In this document: in pieces, positions 1 through 12,775 of the stretch
How the letters are laid out: every line of letters starts with the position of its first letter
Numbering within the stretch: position 1 is the stretch's first letter
Assembly (NCBI GenBank): GCA_964016885.1
Contig: CAXHJY010001587.1
Coordinates: 44,082 to 108,081 of the forward strand
Direction: 5' to 3'
From: Eledone cirrhosa
Taxonomy: Eukaryota
Length of the DNA: 64,000 nucleotides
The notes under the pieces: model-generated
What the model saw: the letters and a program-made list of their open reading frames with translations, nothing else
Told to the model about the DNA's origin: nothing
Database searches by the model: none
Made by a program: the position numbers and the translations under genes

Positions 1-320
1 TTGCAAATGGAAGAGATTTCTTTCATTCCCTAGGCTCCCGATTCTTCAAACCTAGCTTCGTCTGACTTCTGGCTGCCCCTCAAAATAAAGATATCACTGA
101 GAGGCCCCTGTATTGACAGTCAAGAGGGAATATGTGAACTGTGAAGGAGGTGATGAGAGCCGTACCAGAAGTTTCTTCCAAAGATAGAAGGTTCACGCTA
201 GGCTATCTGTGTGGAGACACAAGGGGCCTACTTCGAAGGGGGTTAGCTATTGAACCCGACCAAATCTGTAATTGTTTTTCCCCAGATCTAAAGTCGCATA
301 CTTTCTCGACAGCCCTCATA
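1..320 (+). mobile_element. Decayed mariner-type DNA transposon, 3' end (transposase C-terminus plus right TIR and TA)
   Basis: Frame reading DSSNLASSDFWLPLKIKISLRGPCIDSQEGI resembles mariner YSPDLAPSDFWLFPKLK..LRG.RF; GAYFEG-like end near 224-241; the terminus ending at 320 reads TATGAGGGCTGTCGAGAAAGT on the minus strand, a mariner-like TIR with TA; stops and frameshifts present. Confidence 0.8.
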
Positions 321-395
321 CATAAACACATTCAAATATATAGTCGTGTGATGTGTTGGTCAGTGTATGTAAATACATATAAATGTGTGTGTGTG

Positions 396-479
<84 letters not shown>

Positions 480-1092
480 CATATATACACAATGTACATA
501 AAATCACATCATAGGAGCGAGAACGAATGTCTGTGTGTGAGTGTCTGTTTGTATGTGTGCGTCTGTCCATATGTGTGCGAGAGAGAGAATTTGTCTCTCC
601 CCCTTCCTTTGTCTTTTTAATTAGCTACAAGCCGGATAAATTTGAAATTCCATAACTTTCCTAAAGGTGCCCAGAGGATGTTAAATTCTGCGATTTCGGC
701 TGGAGGATATTTCGTTATCACTGACAAATTTCTTACGATTTTTGACGTCCAAGCACAAATCGCTTGCAGCGTTCAGCTAAACGAAAGACGAGCGCTAAGC
801 TCGTTTTTACACGTCTCTTGCGGATTTATGCGGTTCTTTCAAATTTTTAGTGTTTTCTGCCAGATATGCATATGTGTGTGTGTATGTGGGGGGGGGGGGA
901 GGGAGAAGAAGAGAAGAAGAGGATTTATGGATACAAGGATAGAACGTATGTTTGTATATATTTTTTTGAATATGTACAGCTGCAGCATATTTGGAAGTAT
1001 GTGTGTAAATATATATATATATATACATATCCAAAATGTAGGCATGCCATGCATATTATATAAATACACACACAAACATACGTGTATGTGTG

Positions 1093-1192
<100 letters not shown>

Positions 1193-1265
1193 TATATGTA
1201 CACACAAACAAACGTATATGTGTATATACATGTGTTTGTGTGTGTATGTATATATATATATGTAT

Positions 1266-1290
1266 TGTTATACTTGGGGAGGGTCATATT
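1266..1290 (+). mobile_element. Isolated terminus of the TGTTATACTTGGGGAGGGTCA element family
   Basis: Same 21-25 bp motif at 29364, 37049-37081 (rc), 49838, 59155-59180 (rc), 63542 and amplified at 10328-10740; always next to TA-rich microsatellite. Confidence 0.6.
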
Positions 1291-1298
1291 CATCGCCG

Positions 1299-1365
<67 letters not shown>

Positions 1366-1467
1366 CAAAGACACGTATGCGTGCGCGCGTGTGTGTGGTG
1401 TGTGTGTGTGTGTGTGTGTACGTATATATATATATTTATATATATTTATATATATATATAAAGACAC

Positions 1468-1507
<40 letters not shown>

Positions 1508-1650
1508 ATAGAGCTACCCGGCGTTACAAAAAAATCGAAGTTCGAAGTACTCAATAGAATTTGCTGTAAGTGCGAAGAGTCTGATGTACCTAAGACAAGC
1601 AAGGTTACATTTACAGACCAGCTTTTTATTTAATGAAGTCGACTGGGTTT

Positions 1651-2062
1651 AATAAGACTTTTGGTCGACTGTTTCATAAGACTTTTGGGTCGACTCTTTA
1701 ATAAGACCTTTGGTCGACAGTTTAATAAGACCTTTGGTCAACTGTTTAATAAGACTTTTTGTCGACTCTTTCATAAGACTTTTGGTCGACTGTTTCATAA
1801 GACCTTTGGTCGGCTGTTTAATAAGACTTTTAGTCGACTGTTTCATAAGACTTTTGGTTGACTGTTTAATAAGACCTTTGGTCGACTGTTTAATAAGACC
1901 TTTGGTCGACTGTTTCATAAGACCTTTGGTCGGCTGTTTAATAAGACCTTTGGTCGGCTGTTTAATAAGACTTTTAGTCGACTGTTTCATAAGACTTTTG
2001 GTCGATTGTTTCATAAGACCTTTGGTCGACTGTTTAATAAGACTTTTGGTTGACTATGTTTA
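1651..2062. repeat. 24-bp minisatellite, about 17 copies
   Basis: Unit approx TTTGGTCGACTGTTTMATAAGACY repeated head to tail; explains the periodic ORFs 1649-2063. Confidence 0.95.
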
Positions 2063-2124
2063 ATCTATCTGAAAAGCTAGACAGATAGGAAACCTCTACA
2101 AAGTTATAAAGGAAACACAAACAT

Positions 2125-2230
2125 GGGCGCTGTACCTGCCAGAAATAACAGCTAAATTTCCTTCAAGTCACGCTTATCCATCTTTTAAAAAAACGGACAC
2201 ATTAGGTAATGTAGTTCTACATACATTTAC
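2125..2230 (+). mobile_element. Fragment of a dispersed SINE-tail-like repeat
   Basis: CTGCCAGAAATAACAGCTAAAT...CAC..TCTTTTAAAAAA..GGACACATTAGGTAATGT matches the copies at 53590-53785 and 55362-55415. Confidence 0.55.
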
Positions 2231-2308
2231 AGAGAGAAAGAGACAGACAAACGGGCAGAAAGACGAAGAGACAGACAGACAGGCAAGCAGAAAGACGGAG
2301 AGAGAGAC

Positions 2309-2351
<43 letters not shown>

Positions 2352-2367
2352 GAGACAGACAGACAGA

Positions 2368-3433
2368 TTTCTGTTTATTTGCCACTAGGGCACAAAAGAA
2401 AGGGACATGTACATGGGTGGGGGGAGTTTACATGAAAATCGAGTAAGAAAAATATAACAAACAAAATAATAACAAGAAGGTCCTCAATAGGGAGGGATCG
2501 TTTTGGGGTCACACACACCCCCGAAAAAAAGTGTGCGACCCTTCTCCACGGGAGCACAAAGAGAGGGTGCTCCCTTCTTTCTGTTCCACCTACAGGCTGA
2601 GGTAGAGAGAAGGCCCATTCACACGGGCCATTCTCGCAACTTTCACCCACCTTTCATAAAACTGGCTGGAGTGGAGCACCTCTCTCTCCATCCTGATCCT
2701 TCTTCCGAAATGGTATCGGAAGAAAAGGACCAGTTGTTGGCCGGAGAGAAAGGTGTCCGACCTCAGCCCTTTCAGACGCGTCCACCATATAACCTCTTTT
2801 ACCATGGCTATTACACAGAGGAAGACCGCCTCTCCTTCATTTCTGAAGGGGGGAGGCGGCTTGATCGTTACAATGGACTCGGTGGTCAACCTAATTGGTC
2901 CCACCCGTGACAGCAGTTGTTCGACATAGCCCCACAGATCGGCAACGCCCGGGCAGTGCACCAATGCGTGCGCGACGGTTCCCTCGTCGCGCACGCATCT
3001 GGGACAGATCTTTTTCGAGGGGTCCCTACCCGGGCGCCCGTGTCTGTAGAGCTTATCCCGAACGGGCAGCGCCCCTCGGTAGCACTGCCAGGCCAAGGAC
3101 TTCTGGAAGTTGTCCATAGGTCCCGGGCCGAAAGTCCTACCGAATAGACTGGCCAGTTCGTCCTCCTCCATGCCTAGGGCTTCTCCGAGGGCGTCGTCGC
3201 ACCCGCTAACCACCAGCCCTCTATAGAATGACGAGGTGGAGTCTCCGTCGATAGCCGGGTCCGCCTGCCAGAGAGCCGTGAGCGCCTGGGCACACTCGGT
3301 GTGCCAGTCGCCCAGTTTTCTCGGTCTTTGCTTCACCCAGGACTGCAGCTCGGTGAGCGAGACGAGCCTCGGGAAGGCTCGCCTCACAAACGGGGCCCAC
3401 ACCGGTTGACCGGTGAGGAATACGTGGAGGTGG
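2368..3433 (-). mobile_element. 5'-truncated Tx1/L1-like non-LTR retrotransposon (3' end of ORF2 plus 3' UTR) in a (GACA)n microsatellite
   Basis: GC-rich island; ORF 2590-3402 is uninterrupted and has a zf-RVT-type region (LAWQCYRGALPVRDKL ... CPRC-x8-H-x4-C); AATAAA near the 3' end; flanked by a duplicated ~64-bp target. Confidence 0.85.
2590..3402 (-). CDS. Partial LINE ORF2 C-terminus (zinc-binding zf-RVT/CCHC region); RT and endonuclease absent
   Basis: 270-aa open frame containing KKICPRCVRDEGTVAHALVHC; C-terminus FYERWVKVARMARVNG is homologous to the copy at 47000-47075; no real start codon (5' truncated). Confidence 0.75.
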   Translation of the reverse strand: MWAPFVRRAFPRLVSLTELQSWVKQRPRKLGDWHTECAQALTALWQADPAIDGDSTSSFYRGLVVSGCDDALGEALGMEEDELASLFGRTFGPGPMDNFQKSLAWQCYRGALPVRDKLYRHGRPGRDPSKKICPRCVRDEGTVAHALVHCPGVADLWGYVEQLLSRVGPIRLTTESIVTIKPPPPFRNEGEAVFLCVIAMVKEVIWWTRLKGLRSDTFLSGQQLVLFFRYHFGRRIRMEREVLHSSQFYERWVKVARMARVNGPSLYLSL

Positions 3434-3547
3434 CAGACAGACAGGCAAGCAGAAAGACGGAGAGAGAGACAGATAGACAGAGAGACAGACAGACAGACAA
3501 ACAGACAGACCTACAGACCGACCGACAGGCAATTCAGACGTAGTGTC

Positions 3548-3582
<35 letters not shown>

Positions 3583-3751
3583 TAAGCAGGCAGGTTTAGG
3601 AAGGAAGAAAGAGAGGAGAGGGAAACTCTATAGAAGGAGAGATATGAAGTTACGTTCAGATTGAAACATATGCAAATCTATGCAAATTAGCTGCGGACCA
3701 ACAGCTATGTCATCCAAGGCTTAACAAACACAATCACCCCCCTCCCCCATA

Positions 3752-3828
<77 letters not shown>

Positions 3829-4063
3829 CCAGCCATTCTATTACATTTACATTAACATAACTCAGTTATTCCCGAAGGGATTGAAACCTTATCAGCGAGT
3901 TTTAAGCTTAAAATTTTAATACCATTTGAATCTTCAAATTGTTTCTGTTAATCTCTTCCTTAGGTAAACTCACCACCAATGTCTAACTCTTCTCTTTTTA
4001 AATGTGATATATACATACATATATACACACACATTATATATACATGCATTATATAATTATATA

Positions 4064-4095
<32 letters not shown>

Positions 4096-4855
4096 CACAA
4101 ACATACATATATATATATACACACACATTATATACACATGCATTATATACATTTATACACGAATAGATATACATACATATATACACATACATATATGTAC
4201 ATACATATATACATACAGATATACACACACACACACATATATATATACCATACGTATATATACACATATATATAAACACATTATATACACATACATTATA
4301 TACATATATACATACATATGTACATATACATACATATGTACACATACATATATACACATACATATATGTACATACATATATACATACATATATACACATA
4401 CATATATGTACATACATATATACACATACACATACATTATATACATATACATATATACACACAGATATACACGCACAATATATACATACATATATGCACA
4501 CATATGTACACATACACATACATATATACACGCACGCAACCACACGCATATATACATGCACGTATATATATATATATATACACACATATACATATACACA
4601 TGCATATATACATATACATACATATATATCTGTGTGTGTATATATATATATATATACACACACACAGATATATATATACTTTTTGTGTATGTAATGCACA
4701 CACATATACTGTACATGATTGAGTACATACACATATGTAGGGTAAATATATATCCACACTGAGTTGCACGTATGAATATATACACACAAAAATACATCTG
4801 AATGTATGTGTCAGTGTGTGTGTGCGTGAGAGTGTGGATGTGTGTGTGCGTGAGA

Positions 4856-4886
<31 letters not shown>

Positions 4887-5204
4887 TGCGTGCGAAACGT
4901 AAACGGGAGACAACACAGCAAACAATACAGTACTTTTATCAGTCTCATGAAGACGAAACTTTTTTTTAACGGCGGCCTTTACTCGCCTCATCATATCTAC
5001 ATCACTGGGTCGTGAGAGTTTTCTTGTGAGCTAAAGGTGTCACCCATTGCATTATCTCCTCTAGTAGTTTACCGCTATTGGTCAAGGGCTGCTTATATTT
5101 CGGACAGAGGCCCTCAGATATCGCAACTAGCCATCATATCTGGTGGCCGGATCGCTATCCGCCACCTACTACCAGTTCGCTAACAGATAACTATTATTTT
5201 AATT

Positions 5205-5662
5205 TTTCATCCTTACGGGTTCGATAAAATAAAGTACCAGTAATGTACTGTGTTATTGCTGGCCTTGTGCCAAAAGTAGAAACAATTATTTTAATTGGCA
5301 GTATCGGTAGAGGTTCGGACGCCATGCTTTGACGCATAGAGTTACGGCCCTTGCCATTCTGAGTTCAAATACCGCCGAGGTTAACTTTGCCTTTCATCCT
5401 TACGGGGTCGATAAAATAAAGTACCAGTAATGTACTGGGTAATTTCTGGCCTTGTGCCAATAGTAGAAACAATTATTTTAATGCCGTTTGGGTCGATGGA
5501 TTGGCCAAGGGTCGGTAGGGGTCGAACGCCATCCTTTTCAGCATAAAGTTACGGTCCTTTACGGGTCTGAGTTCAAATCCCACCGAGGTTAACTTTGCCT
5601 TTCATCCTTACGGGGTTGATAAAATAAAGTACCAGTAATGCACTGGGATAATTGCTGGCCTT
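5205..5662 (+). mobile_element. Three head-to-tail copies of tRNA-headed SINE family A (partial 5205-5290, full 5296-5478, 5495-5662)
   Basis: A-box-like TGGCAGTATCGG, B-box GAGTTCAAAT(A/C)C, conserved body GAGGTTAACTTTGCCTTTCATCCTTACGGGGTCGATAAAATAAAGTACCAGT and tail GGCCTTGTGCC..AGTAGAAACAATTA; further copies elsewhere in the window. Confidence 0.85.
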
Positions 5663-5775
5663 ATGTGTGTGTGTGTCTAAAGGAGTGTGTGTTTGTGTGT
5701 GTGTGAAGGAGTGTGTGTATGTATGTGTATGTGTGTGGGTGTGTGTGATAAGGCTGAAGCAGAAGGACAGAGAGA

Positions 5776-5820
<45 letters not shown>

Positions 5821-6034
5821 TTCATTACGTTAAAATAAGACTAAATACATTGTTATCCAATTACCTTTTACTGTTTGTACTTTTTTTGTCAGTCGTGACC
5901 TCCACGAAGATTTATTCCACAACCATTCCCTCTAACCCACACTGTGTGTGTGTATGTGTGTATGTATATATCTATATATGAGTGAGTGTGTGTGTGTGCG
6001 TACGTGTATGTATATATTTATATATAAGTGTGTG

Positions 6035-6085
<51 letters not shown>

Positions 6086-6137
6086 TTGGGTTGTGTATTA
6101 TTCTCTCTCTCTCCCTCTCTCTCTCTCTCCCTCTCTC

Positions 6138-6175
<38 letters not shown>

Positions 6176-6774
6176 AGACCTTCCTTCCCGTCCCTCTCTC
6201 CTCCATTACACCAACCAATTAGGACGAATCCACTTCGTTTCACAATGTTGACTTCAAAGGAATCATATTTCGCAGTAATTCTAACAAATATTAAACATTT
6301 TGTTTATTATATGTTTATTGTCAGTTTTTCTTTTCATTTCGTTTTTTGTTTGTTTCTTTCTTTCTTTCTTTTTTGTTATAAATCCTTTCACTTTTCATCT
6401 ATTTCCATCGTTTTCATCGTTTATCGCATTTATTATTTTGTTCTTCTTCTTTCCTGCTAATTTCTACAATTAACAATATTTCTTAATAATTTCGCGCGCA
6501 TTCTAAGAAGATGGCGGTCAGCAACTTCAAAGTGTCGTCTGCTCTTTCATTTAAGTCAGTGTTAATAAAACTCTCCTTGATTTTGAATTATTTTCTCTTT
6601 TATTTGTTGTTCATCTAACAATTATTGAAGATATGTTAAGGTGAGGTGTTTAACAACAGCTTGTTTGTTCACATTTGCTCTCTACCAACCATTTCTTCTG
6701 CTCTTTTCCATCGTTTCTAATACTATAACGAACGCTGGTCTGTTTGTTGATTTATTTATTTATTAAATTTATGG

Positions 6775-7012
6775 ATGCAACATGGCCGAATATTTAAGAG
6801 GTTAAGAGGTTCATTAGGATTAGGTTCGATCTCACAGCATGGACATTCTAGGTAGGTTTTACTTTGCATAGGGTTGACTCATACCTTGTGAGGGAAGTTA
6901 AGTTGATGTCAACTGTGTGGGTGCCCATCGTATGGATTGTACCTGTAATTACCTGCAATTCAAAGGGATAGACTTGTCCCAAACTGCGTCACCCTGATCT
7001 CCCTGAGAATTA
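6775..7012 (+). mobile_element. SINE family B (tRNA-like head, central domain resembling Nin/Deu-type SINEs)
   Basis: B-box-like GGTTCGATCTC at ~6823; body CCTTGTGAG..AAGTTAAGTTGATG..AACTG...AATTCAAAGGGATAG...CTCCCTGAGA is shared with 8427-8600 and 48430-48805 (rc). The Nin/Deu label is from memory. Confidence 0.65.
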
Positions 7013-7206
7013 TGACGGACTGGCTTAGTGTATTCATTCATGCATGCAAACATACATATATAGACACAGACACACAAGCATATATATATATATATATTTA
7101 TATACTTACACACGAACTACTGACCAAATAATATTTGGTATCAATGGGTTAAAGACATCTGTGAAATCAATTAGTGGTGAAGGTGGTGTATATATATATA
7201 TATATA

Positions 7207-7707
7207 AATTTTGAGTATATGTTGGTTGTATACCAACACCTTAGTATGCAGATTGGAGCACTCGACGAAGTACGCGGGTTGGTTTGGTTACTCGGGAGTA
7301 ATGTAAAATAAAATAAATAAGTCAAATGTTTAAAATTTGGCTTCGTTTATTACTGCTATATATATTTCGGTGACAGCCATCTTTGGCTGTGACCTCTTCA
7401 GGCAGTCCGAATTAGTGTGGTAGAGACGAGGTGTATAACTTCGTCAATACTCTGATATGCCCAGTTCCTGGTTGGGTTGTTATTTCACTGAGGAACTGGA
7501 ATCATATGAATTCAAACAAACGAATTTCAGTGTCAAAGGGCCTCTTCTCCTCTCATTGGTCAGTTGTTAGAACATTCCTCAGTCAAAAGTCTATAGAAAT
7601 TCGTTCTGAGGCAAGCCAATCTGTAGTTGTTGTTCTTGATATTGTTAGGTACATCTGGCCTCTATTCTTGTGTTGGTAGTGGTGTTATTTTAAACATTTG
7701 ACTTATT

Positions 7708-7715
<8 letters not shown>
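7207..7715 (-). mobile_element. Non-autonomous Penelope-like cassette in (TA)n with a hammerhead and an inverted terminal segment
   Basis: (TA)n on both sides; hammerhead at 7352-7406; ~28-bp inverted repeat (7309-7336 vs 7687-7714); GAGCACTC at 7256-7263. Confidence 0.65.
7352..7406 (-). ncRNA. Minimal type-I hammerhead ribozyme
   Basis: Minus strand: ACTGC-CTGAAGA-GGTCACAGCCA aaga TGGCTGTCACC-GAAA-TATATA-TA-GCAGT. Stem I 5 bp perfect, stem II 11 positions with one C-C mismatch, palindromic stem III (ATATATAT), cleavage triplet AUA. Confidence 0.88.
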
Positions 7716-7771
<56 letters not shown>

Positions 7772-8426
7772 GTATGTATATATAGACAGATAGATAGATA
7801 GATACACACACACCACACACACACAGCCATATATATATATATATTTATTTTTTATCATTTATTTTGTTTTGACCAATTTAGCTTGATTTACATTTTTGGC
7901 TTAGGAGGTTAATGCTTTCTTGACCACTTTTTTAGTTTTGTATGGCTTCTTAACATATTGTTTAGCTCTGGTTGTTAACTATTGAGCACTTTGCCAGTGT
8001 CATTTCTGATTTTTGCGTTTCGTTTCGCCTTTCCTACCCGCCGAAATGCGATTCTCGCTGAATCTATATTTGTATATGAATATATATATATATATGTATA
8101 TATAGACAGATAGATACACACACACACACACACCACACCACACACACATATATATATATATTGAGTGGGTGTGAAAGACCAAAGGTCATTATTGAAAGTT
8201 TCTGGTGTCGCAAAATACATATTTTTTATCGGAGAAGGTAAGATATTTTTCCGCAAAGATTTGATTGCACTGTTTTGTTTCCACTTATGTATTTTTCGAA
8301 AATGTTATTTATTCATTATAAAAATTAAATGATAGCATTCTATATGTAGGTGGGCCCCCTTCATTCTATATGTAGGTGGGCCCCCTTCATCTGGCAACCA
8401 ATATTTTTAGACCCAGTCCGCCACTG

Positions 8427-8600
8427 CCTTGTGAGTGAAGTTAAGTTGATGGCAACTGTTTGGAAGCCCGTGGTATGGGTTGGGCTTGGAATTACCTGCA
8501 ATTCAAAGGGATAGTCTTGTCTCAAACTGTATCACGCTGGTCTCCCTGAGAGTTACCTTAAGGGGTACACGGGTCTATGAAATGCTTAGTCATTTACACG
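8427..8600 (+). mobile_element. SINE family B internal fragment
   Basis: Aligns by eye to 6884-7012 and continues CCCTGAGAGTTACCTTAAGGGGTACACGGGTCTATG. Confidence 0.65.
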
Positions 8601-9645
8601 ACCATGTACATACATACAGACACACACACGAATGTAAATATAATGAATATACTCAAACACACACATATAAGTATATATATAATGTATATATATAAACACA
8701 CCCATATAAGTATATATATATAATGTATATACATAAATACACCCATACAAATATATATATAATGTATATACATAAATACACACATATAAGTATATATAAT
8801 GTATATATATATAATATATATATATATATAAACACACCCATACAAGTATATATATATAATGTATATACATAAATACACACATATAAGTATATGTATATAA
8901 TGTATATATATATAACACACACATATAAATATATATATATAATGTATATACATAAATACACACACCTTTGGCGATGCCGAGTTGGTTTAAAGAGAGGGAA
9001 AGGGAGAGAGAGACAGATCGAGAGGGGGGATGGGAGATAGGGAGAGAGTGTGAGAGAGAGAGGGGGGAGATCGAGAGGGAGGATGGGAGATAGGGAGAGA
9101 ATGGGAGAGAGAGAGGCATATCGAGAAGGAGGATGGGAGATAGGGAGAGAGTGGAAGAGAGAGAGAAGGGGAGATCGAGAAGGAGGATGGGAGATAGGGA
9201 GATAGGGAGAGAGTGGGAGAGAGAGATAGGGAGAATGGGAAATAGAGAGAGAGTGGGAGAGAGAGAGAGAGAGAGAGAGAGGGGAGGGGAAGAGAAATTT
9301 GTGTGAATTTTCTTTTTTTTTTAAACGCTCGGAGAAAATTTCTTGCGAGACTCAGCTCTCCAGCTCCTGTGTTCTCACCTTATATATATTTGTCTGTCTG
9401 TTCTCTCTGAGAATTTATTACTCTTGCATGCATCATTGTACACATGTTGGTGAAGCTGAGAGAACAGCATATATATATACAATTATACATATATACAATT
9501 ATACATACATATATATATATATATAAACGAACAAACACATACAGAAAAGAAGAAAGAACGGACAAAGTAAAGACAGTGCAATAATAATAATAAGTAATAA
9601 GAGAAAGACGGGGAGAGAGAGAGAAGGGCAGAACGAGAGAGAGAG

Positions 9646-9759
<114 letters not shown>

Positions 9760-10327
9760 AACAGTGAAAGTGACGAGGGGGAGATAACACAGGAATACAC
9801 GAAGGAAATAAATATAAATAAATACAATACAATACATGAATAATTTACTGGAATAAAATAAATATCTTGTTTGTAAAAACTGATTTAATAAACAATTATA
9901 ATAAATGGGAGATTTACGATATTTCATATTGAAGCTGACTGCTGTGTTGTTTTCCGTTCACGGTTCTTGTCTTTTTGTTAACTTAGCTTATATAATATAT
10001 AAAGTAACACACGAATTGATATTTATTAAAAAAAAAAAAACTAATAGTAGAAAGGAGAAAGATTTTGTCAGTAGAAAATGCTGAAGAGATTCTTTCAGTG
10101 AAATATCAAAACATTTATTTATTTATAAAGAGGATATTTCCGCATTTAATAATGGCACCGGTTTCAGCATTATATGCTTTGTCAACTGCGGATATGCGTA
10201 ATATGGTTAAGTTACATATTTATACAAGTAATAATAATAAAAAGGGGAAGAAAAATTTACATACATATTTTGAGAGGAGTGTTCATATCCCTGTCTGTGT
10301 TTGGCCTTCTTTCTCTGTTAGTTGACT

Positions 10328-10740
10328 AATATATCTCTATATATTTCTACTGATATCACGACCCTCCTCAAGTATAACAATATATCTCTATATAATTCTA
10401 CTAATATCACGACCCTCCTCAAGTATAGCAATATCTCTTTATATGTTTTACTGATATCACGACCCTCCTCAAGTATAACAATATCTCTCTATATATTTCT
10501 ACTGATATCACGACCCTCCTCGAGTATAGCAATATCTCTTTATATATTTTACTGATATCGCGACCCTCCTCAAGTATAGCAATATCTCTATATATGTTTT
10601 ACTGATATCGCGACCCTCCTCAAGTATAGCAATATCTCTATATATGTTTTACTGATATCGCGACCCTCCTCAAGTATAGCAATATCTCTATATATGTTTT
10701 ACTGATATCACGACCCTCCTCAAGTATAACAATATCTCTT
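10328..10740. repeat. ~50-bp minisatellite, 8 copies, derived from the TGTTATACTTG.GGAGGGTC terminus
   Basis: Unit approx ATATCTCTATATATRTTTTACTGATATCRCGACCCTCCTCAAGTATARCA; the core matches GACCCTCCCCAAGTATAACA at 59161-59180. Confidence 0.9.
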
Positions 10741-10904
10741 TCAACACGTGATTACCCATCAATTATCTCACAAAACAAATACAAAAAAGAACAGCTACCT
10801 TAATTTCTCGAAATCAGTGAGGAGGCCACTATGTGGTTCTTTTCTCTGTTAGAAATAACAACTAAATCTCACTCATATTAGATTTTGAAAAGAGAAGGAC
10901 CCAT

Positions 10905-11095
10905 CTACTACTACTACTACTACTACTACTGCCACTTCTACTACTGCCACTACTACTACCACTACTACTACTGCTATTACTACTACTACTACTACTACCA
11001 CTACTACTACTACCAATATCACTACTACTACTGCCACTACTACTACTGGTATTATTATTACTACTACTACCACTACTACTACTACTACTACTACT
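10905..11095. repeat. (CTA)n/(CCA)n trinucleotide microsatellite
   Basis: Read directly from the sequence. Confidence 0.95.
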
Positions 11096-11192
11096 GCAGC
11101 TCCGAATGAAAAATCCGCCATATTTTAGAGAACTATTTAATTTATTGCACCCGCTACGACGCTCTGCTTCCTCGAACATATATATATATATG

Positions 11193-11334
<142 letters not shown>

Positions 11335-11372
11335 CATATATATGTGTGTATATATATATATATATATACATA

Positions 11373-11442
<70 letters not shown>

Positions 11443-12319
11443 TATGTGTGTATATATATATATATATGCATGTATGTGTGTATGTGTCTGTCTCTGTGTG
11501 TGTATATATACACATACAAACACACATTTACATGCATATACACACATATTTTTTACTTCTTCCTCAGCCTAAAATGTCTCTTGTTTTCCTATTCCCAGCT
11601 ATATGTCATTGAATGGTCTACGACACTGACAGGCGGGAAATACCGAACAGACTTCGTCAACTCTCGGTGGATTTCGCTGAAATATCATTAAGTGTCATTG
11701 ATTTATTTTTTTCCACACTGCTAGTGAAACCGGTGAGCTTTGCGATTTGTTCCGGCAACAAATCTTATCCGGATTGGCAGCGTTTTTTTTTGTTTGTTTT
11801 TGTTGTTTGTTGTTGTTGTTGTTGGTGGTGGTCTTTTTCTTTCTTATTTTTGGATATTTTTTTTTTGTTTGTTGATAATATGGGGTGTTGTAATTGGTGC
11901 TGTTGATGTTGTTGTTTAAGGGGTTAGTTAAGGGCACATTTAGTGGTGTAGAAGGTGACAGGGATTGAGTTAGGATGTCAAATGAATGGATTTGAATGAT
12001 TGTAATGATGGTAGTGGTGGGGTGGTGGTGGTGGTGGTGGTGGTTATGGGGTAGTGGTGGTGGTAGCGGGGGGTGGGGCGTAGTGGCTGTTGTTGTGGTG
12101 GTGGTGGTGGTGGTGGTAGTGGTGGTGATGTTGGTGGTGGTGGTGATGGTAGTGGTGATGGTAGTTGTTGTTGTGGTGATGGTGGTGGTGATGGTGTTGG
12201 TGATGGTGGTGTTGGTGGTGATGGTAGTGGTGGTGGTGGTGGTGGTGGAAATAACAACCAAATCTTTAGTAAAACAAAAAAACAAATGGGTAAAGCTAAT
12301 CGTTAACATATGCAAAAAG

Positions 12320-12400
12320 ACTGGATGGTCATGGTAGGGAGAGTTTTGATCATTGGTCTACTGGATCAGGGCCAACCTAGGGCTAAATAACAATAACACA
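12320..12400 (+). mobile_element. SINE-tail-like fragment ending in an (ACA)-rich tail
   Basis: GGATGGTCATG...TTTGATC...TCTACT.GATCA.GG...ACCT.GGG.TAAA..ACAA matches 53704-53785. Confidence 0.55.
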
Positions 12401-12554
12401 CATATATAAACAGACGTAAAAAATATATATAGACTTCTTCAGATAGATACATACACATACATACACATACAAACACCGACTTAGATACATTCATAAACAT
12501 ATACACACCTCCATACATACACATGCATACACAAAAAAATATACAGACTTAAAC

Positions 12555-12775
12555 ACACACACAGGTTCATATATACACACACACAGGTTCATATACACAC
12601 ACACACAGGTTCATATATATATATACACACACACACACTCAGGTTCATATACACACACACACACAGGTTCATATATATATACACACACACACACACTCAG
12701 GTTCATATACACACACACACACAGGTTCATATATATATATACACATACACACACAGACACACAGGTTCATACACA
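12555..12775. repeat. Compound repeat: constant CAGGTTCATA core with variable (TA)/(CA) spacers, about 8 copies
   Basis: Read directly from the sequence. Confidence 0.85.

Noticed and set aside
1649-2063. Periodic 8-aa-repeat ORFs
   Set aside because: A by-product of a 24-bp minisatellite whose unit length is a multiple of 3.
3665-3690. Tandem octamer motifs ATGCAAAT
   Set aside because: An AT-rich 8-mer that is easily found by chance and may belong to a DNA-transposon remnant; no snRNA gene or other support nearby.
5296-5380. tRNA gene
   Set aside because: A and B boxes are present but there is no cloverleaf, and it continues into a multi-copy body, so it is a SINE head.
10075-10120. CTGAAGA...GAAA hammerhead candidate
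   Set aside because: No convincing stem II and no UH before the putative stem I.
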